DNA of 64,000 nucleotides from Candidatus Egerieisoma sp. (GTDB taxonomy: Bacteria; Bacteroidota; Bacteroidia; Bacteroidales; UBA932), in assembly GCA_045645465.1 (NCBI GenBank), contig JAZRIV010000007.1, positions 5,114 through 69,113 on the forward strand, in the 5' to 3' direction. The position numbers and the translations under genes were made by a program. The notes beneath the pieces were generated by a model. The model did not search any database and was not told the origin of the DNA. It worked only from the letters and a program-made list of their open reading frames with translations. Every line of letters starts with the position of its first letter. The stretch's first letter is position 1. Positions 62,953 to 64,000 of the stretch are shown here, piece by piece.

Positions 62953-64000
62953 TTACATAGTAAGTTGTATTCCAAATGAAAGTATCCTCTCAAACGGAGC
63001 AGTTCTGCCGTAGAAGTTTGAGGTAGAAGAACCTGCAGTAATCTCAGGGTCAATAGGAATCTTTTTCTGTGAGAATTCAAACAGATTCTCCCCACTGAAG
63101 TACACTCTTGCCTTTGTAAGGTTTGCCCTGCTGATCAATCTGTCGGGAAGAGAATACCCTATTGTAAGATTTTTCAGCCTCAAATATGAGAGGTTAAGAA
63201 GGTATTTTGTTTGTGGATAGAAGTTGTTACCGCTGTTTGCTGCCGCATTTGCCATATACCTTATACCGCTGATTGCTGTTGAGCCGTTGCCGGTGTATGG
63301 AAGCGGATATTTTGCATCAGGGTTCTCAGGGCTCCAGAAATCCATCTGGTGCTGGTACATCACATCTGCACCCCTGTAGTAAGGGATTGCCTCATTGCCT
63401 GTTGCCCAAAGTTGTCTCTTCCCTATGCCCTGGAAATAAATGTCCACATCAAACCCCTTCCAGGCACCTCCTACCCTAAAGCTGTACTGGTACCTTGGAG
63501 TTGTATTTCCTATTACCTTAAGGTCTCCGTGGTCCTGTAGGGTTGAAGCCCCTGCAGAAATTACATTGTCCCCGTTAAGGTCTTTGTATTTTATGTCACC
63601 AGGGCCAAATACAAAGTTGCCGGTCTGCAACCCCACCTGGCTTGGTGATGCCGCCACATCCTCTGCCGATGTAAAGTAACGGTCTGTTTCAAATCCCCAA
63701 ATCTCTCCAATAGTTTTACCTTTATAGTTGGAGGTAAGAAGATTGGCAGAATTTGCATTCCACTGGGTAATGACACTCTTGTAGTCACTCACATTTACAT
63801 TGGCGTAAATGCTCAAGCCATTTGAGAAGGTGTGGCCTCCATCTATGGTAACCTCCCAGCCACGGGTTCTCAAACGTCCGTCATTTACCATTGCGGCTGC
63901 AGTACCAAAACTCTCAGGGAGGGTTTCGCCCACACTCAACATATTGCGGTTCTCACGCTGGAACCAGTCAAAGGTTATTCCGTAGCGGTTATTGAAGAAC
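62953..64000 (-). CDS. SusC/RagA family TonB-linked outer membrane transporter (pair 3), C-terminal part only
   Basis: The frame is open to the window edge; upstream of the ORF-track Met it reads FFNNRYGITFDWFQRENRNM. The C-terminus ...FGIQLTM is typical of the family. Confidence 0.9.
   Translation of the reverse strand, partial: FFNNRYGITFDWFQRENRNMLSVGETLPESFGTAAAMVNDGRLRTRGWEVTIDGGHTFSNGLSIYANVNVSDYKSVITQWNANSANLLTSNYKGKTIGEIWGFETDRYFTSAEDVAASPSQVGLQTGNFVFGPGDIKYKDLNGDNVISAGASTLQDHGDLKVIGNTTPRYQYSFRVGGAWKGFDVDIYFQGIGKRQLWATGNEAIPYYRGADVMYQHQMDFWSPENPDAKYPLPYTGNGSTAISGIRYMANAAANSGNNFYPQTKYLLNLSYLRLKNLTIGYSLPDRLISRANLTKARVYFSGENLFEFSQKKIPIDPEITAGSSTSNFYGRTAPFERILSFGIQLTM

Overview
This is a Bacteroidales-type chromosome segment. 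The evidence is TAnnTTTG -7 promoter boxes, SusC/SusD loci, an N-acyl/O-acyl lipid gene pair and an S16 protein with an A/K/E-rich tail. All calls come from reading the sequence and the ORF translations by eye; no searches or computations were run.

- **1-30.5 kb, housekeeping and envelope genes:** an LpxL-like acyltransferase, a POT transporter and a GT2 glycosyltransferase. Next is a TolC-MFP-RND efflux operon with a small P-II-like gene and a divergent AraC regulator. The rest are murF, dut, a flippase, a patatin-barrel protein, a cyclophilin, an acyltransferase pair, rpoN, upp, radC, rpsT, tRNA-Glu, rseP, dxr, an M23 peptidase, ruvX, def, rimM and rpsP.
- **30.5-43.7 kb, AT-rich accessory region at the 3' end of tRNA-Leu(CAA):** an ~11.6-kb integrative element is bounded by a 21-bp direct repeat of the tRNA 3' end (32110-32130 and 43693-43713). 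A ~1.5-kb remnant of a related element lies to its left.
- **Element cargo:** a tyrosine integrase and a four-gene phospho-signalling cassette. It also carries a lambda O/P-like replication module with iterons inside the initiator gene, a decayed mobilisation module and a mosaic right end built from truncated genes.
- **Main candidate for something new:** the cassette pairs a soluble Cys-rich histidine kinase with a membrane-anchored stand-alone receiver. Divergent from them are a STAS::GHKL kinase-like fusion and a free STAS-like protein. I cannot assign this cassette to any described system.
- **43.9-64 kb:** osmC, miaB, a SPOR protein, a GNAT, aminopeptidase P, a metallophosphoesterase and three SusC/SusD pairs. 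Two divergent susC genes share a 74-bp inverted repeat covering the 5'UTR and the first 17 codons.
- **Window-wide signal:** the 9-mer TTCCCGACA occurs 18 times, far above chance.
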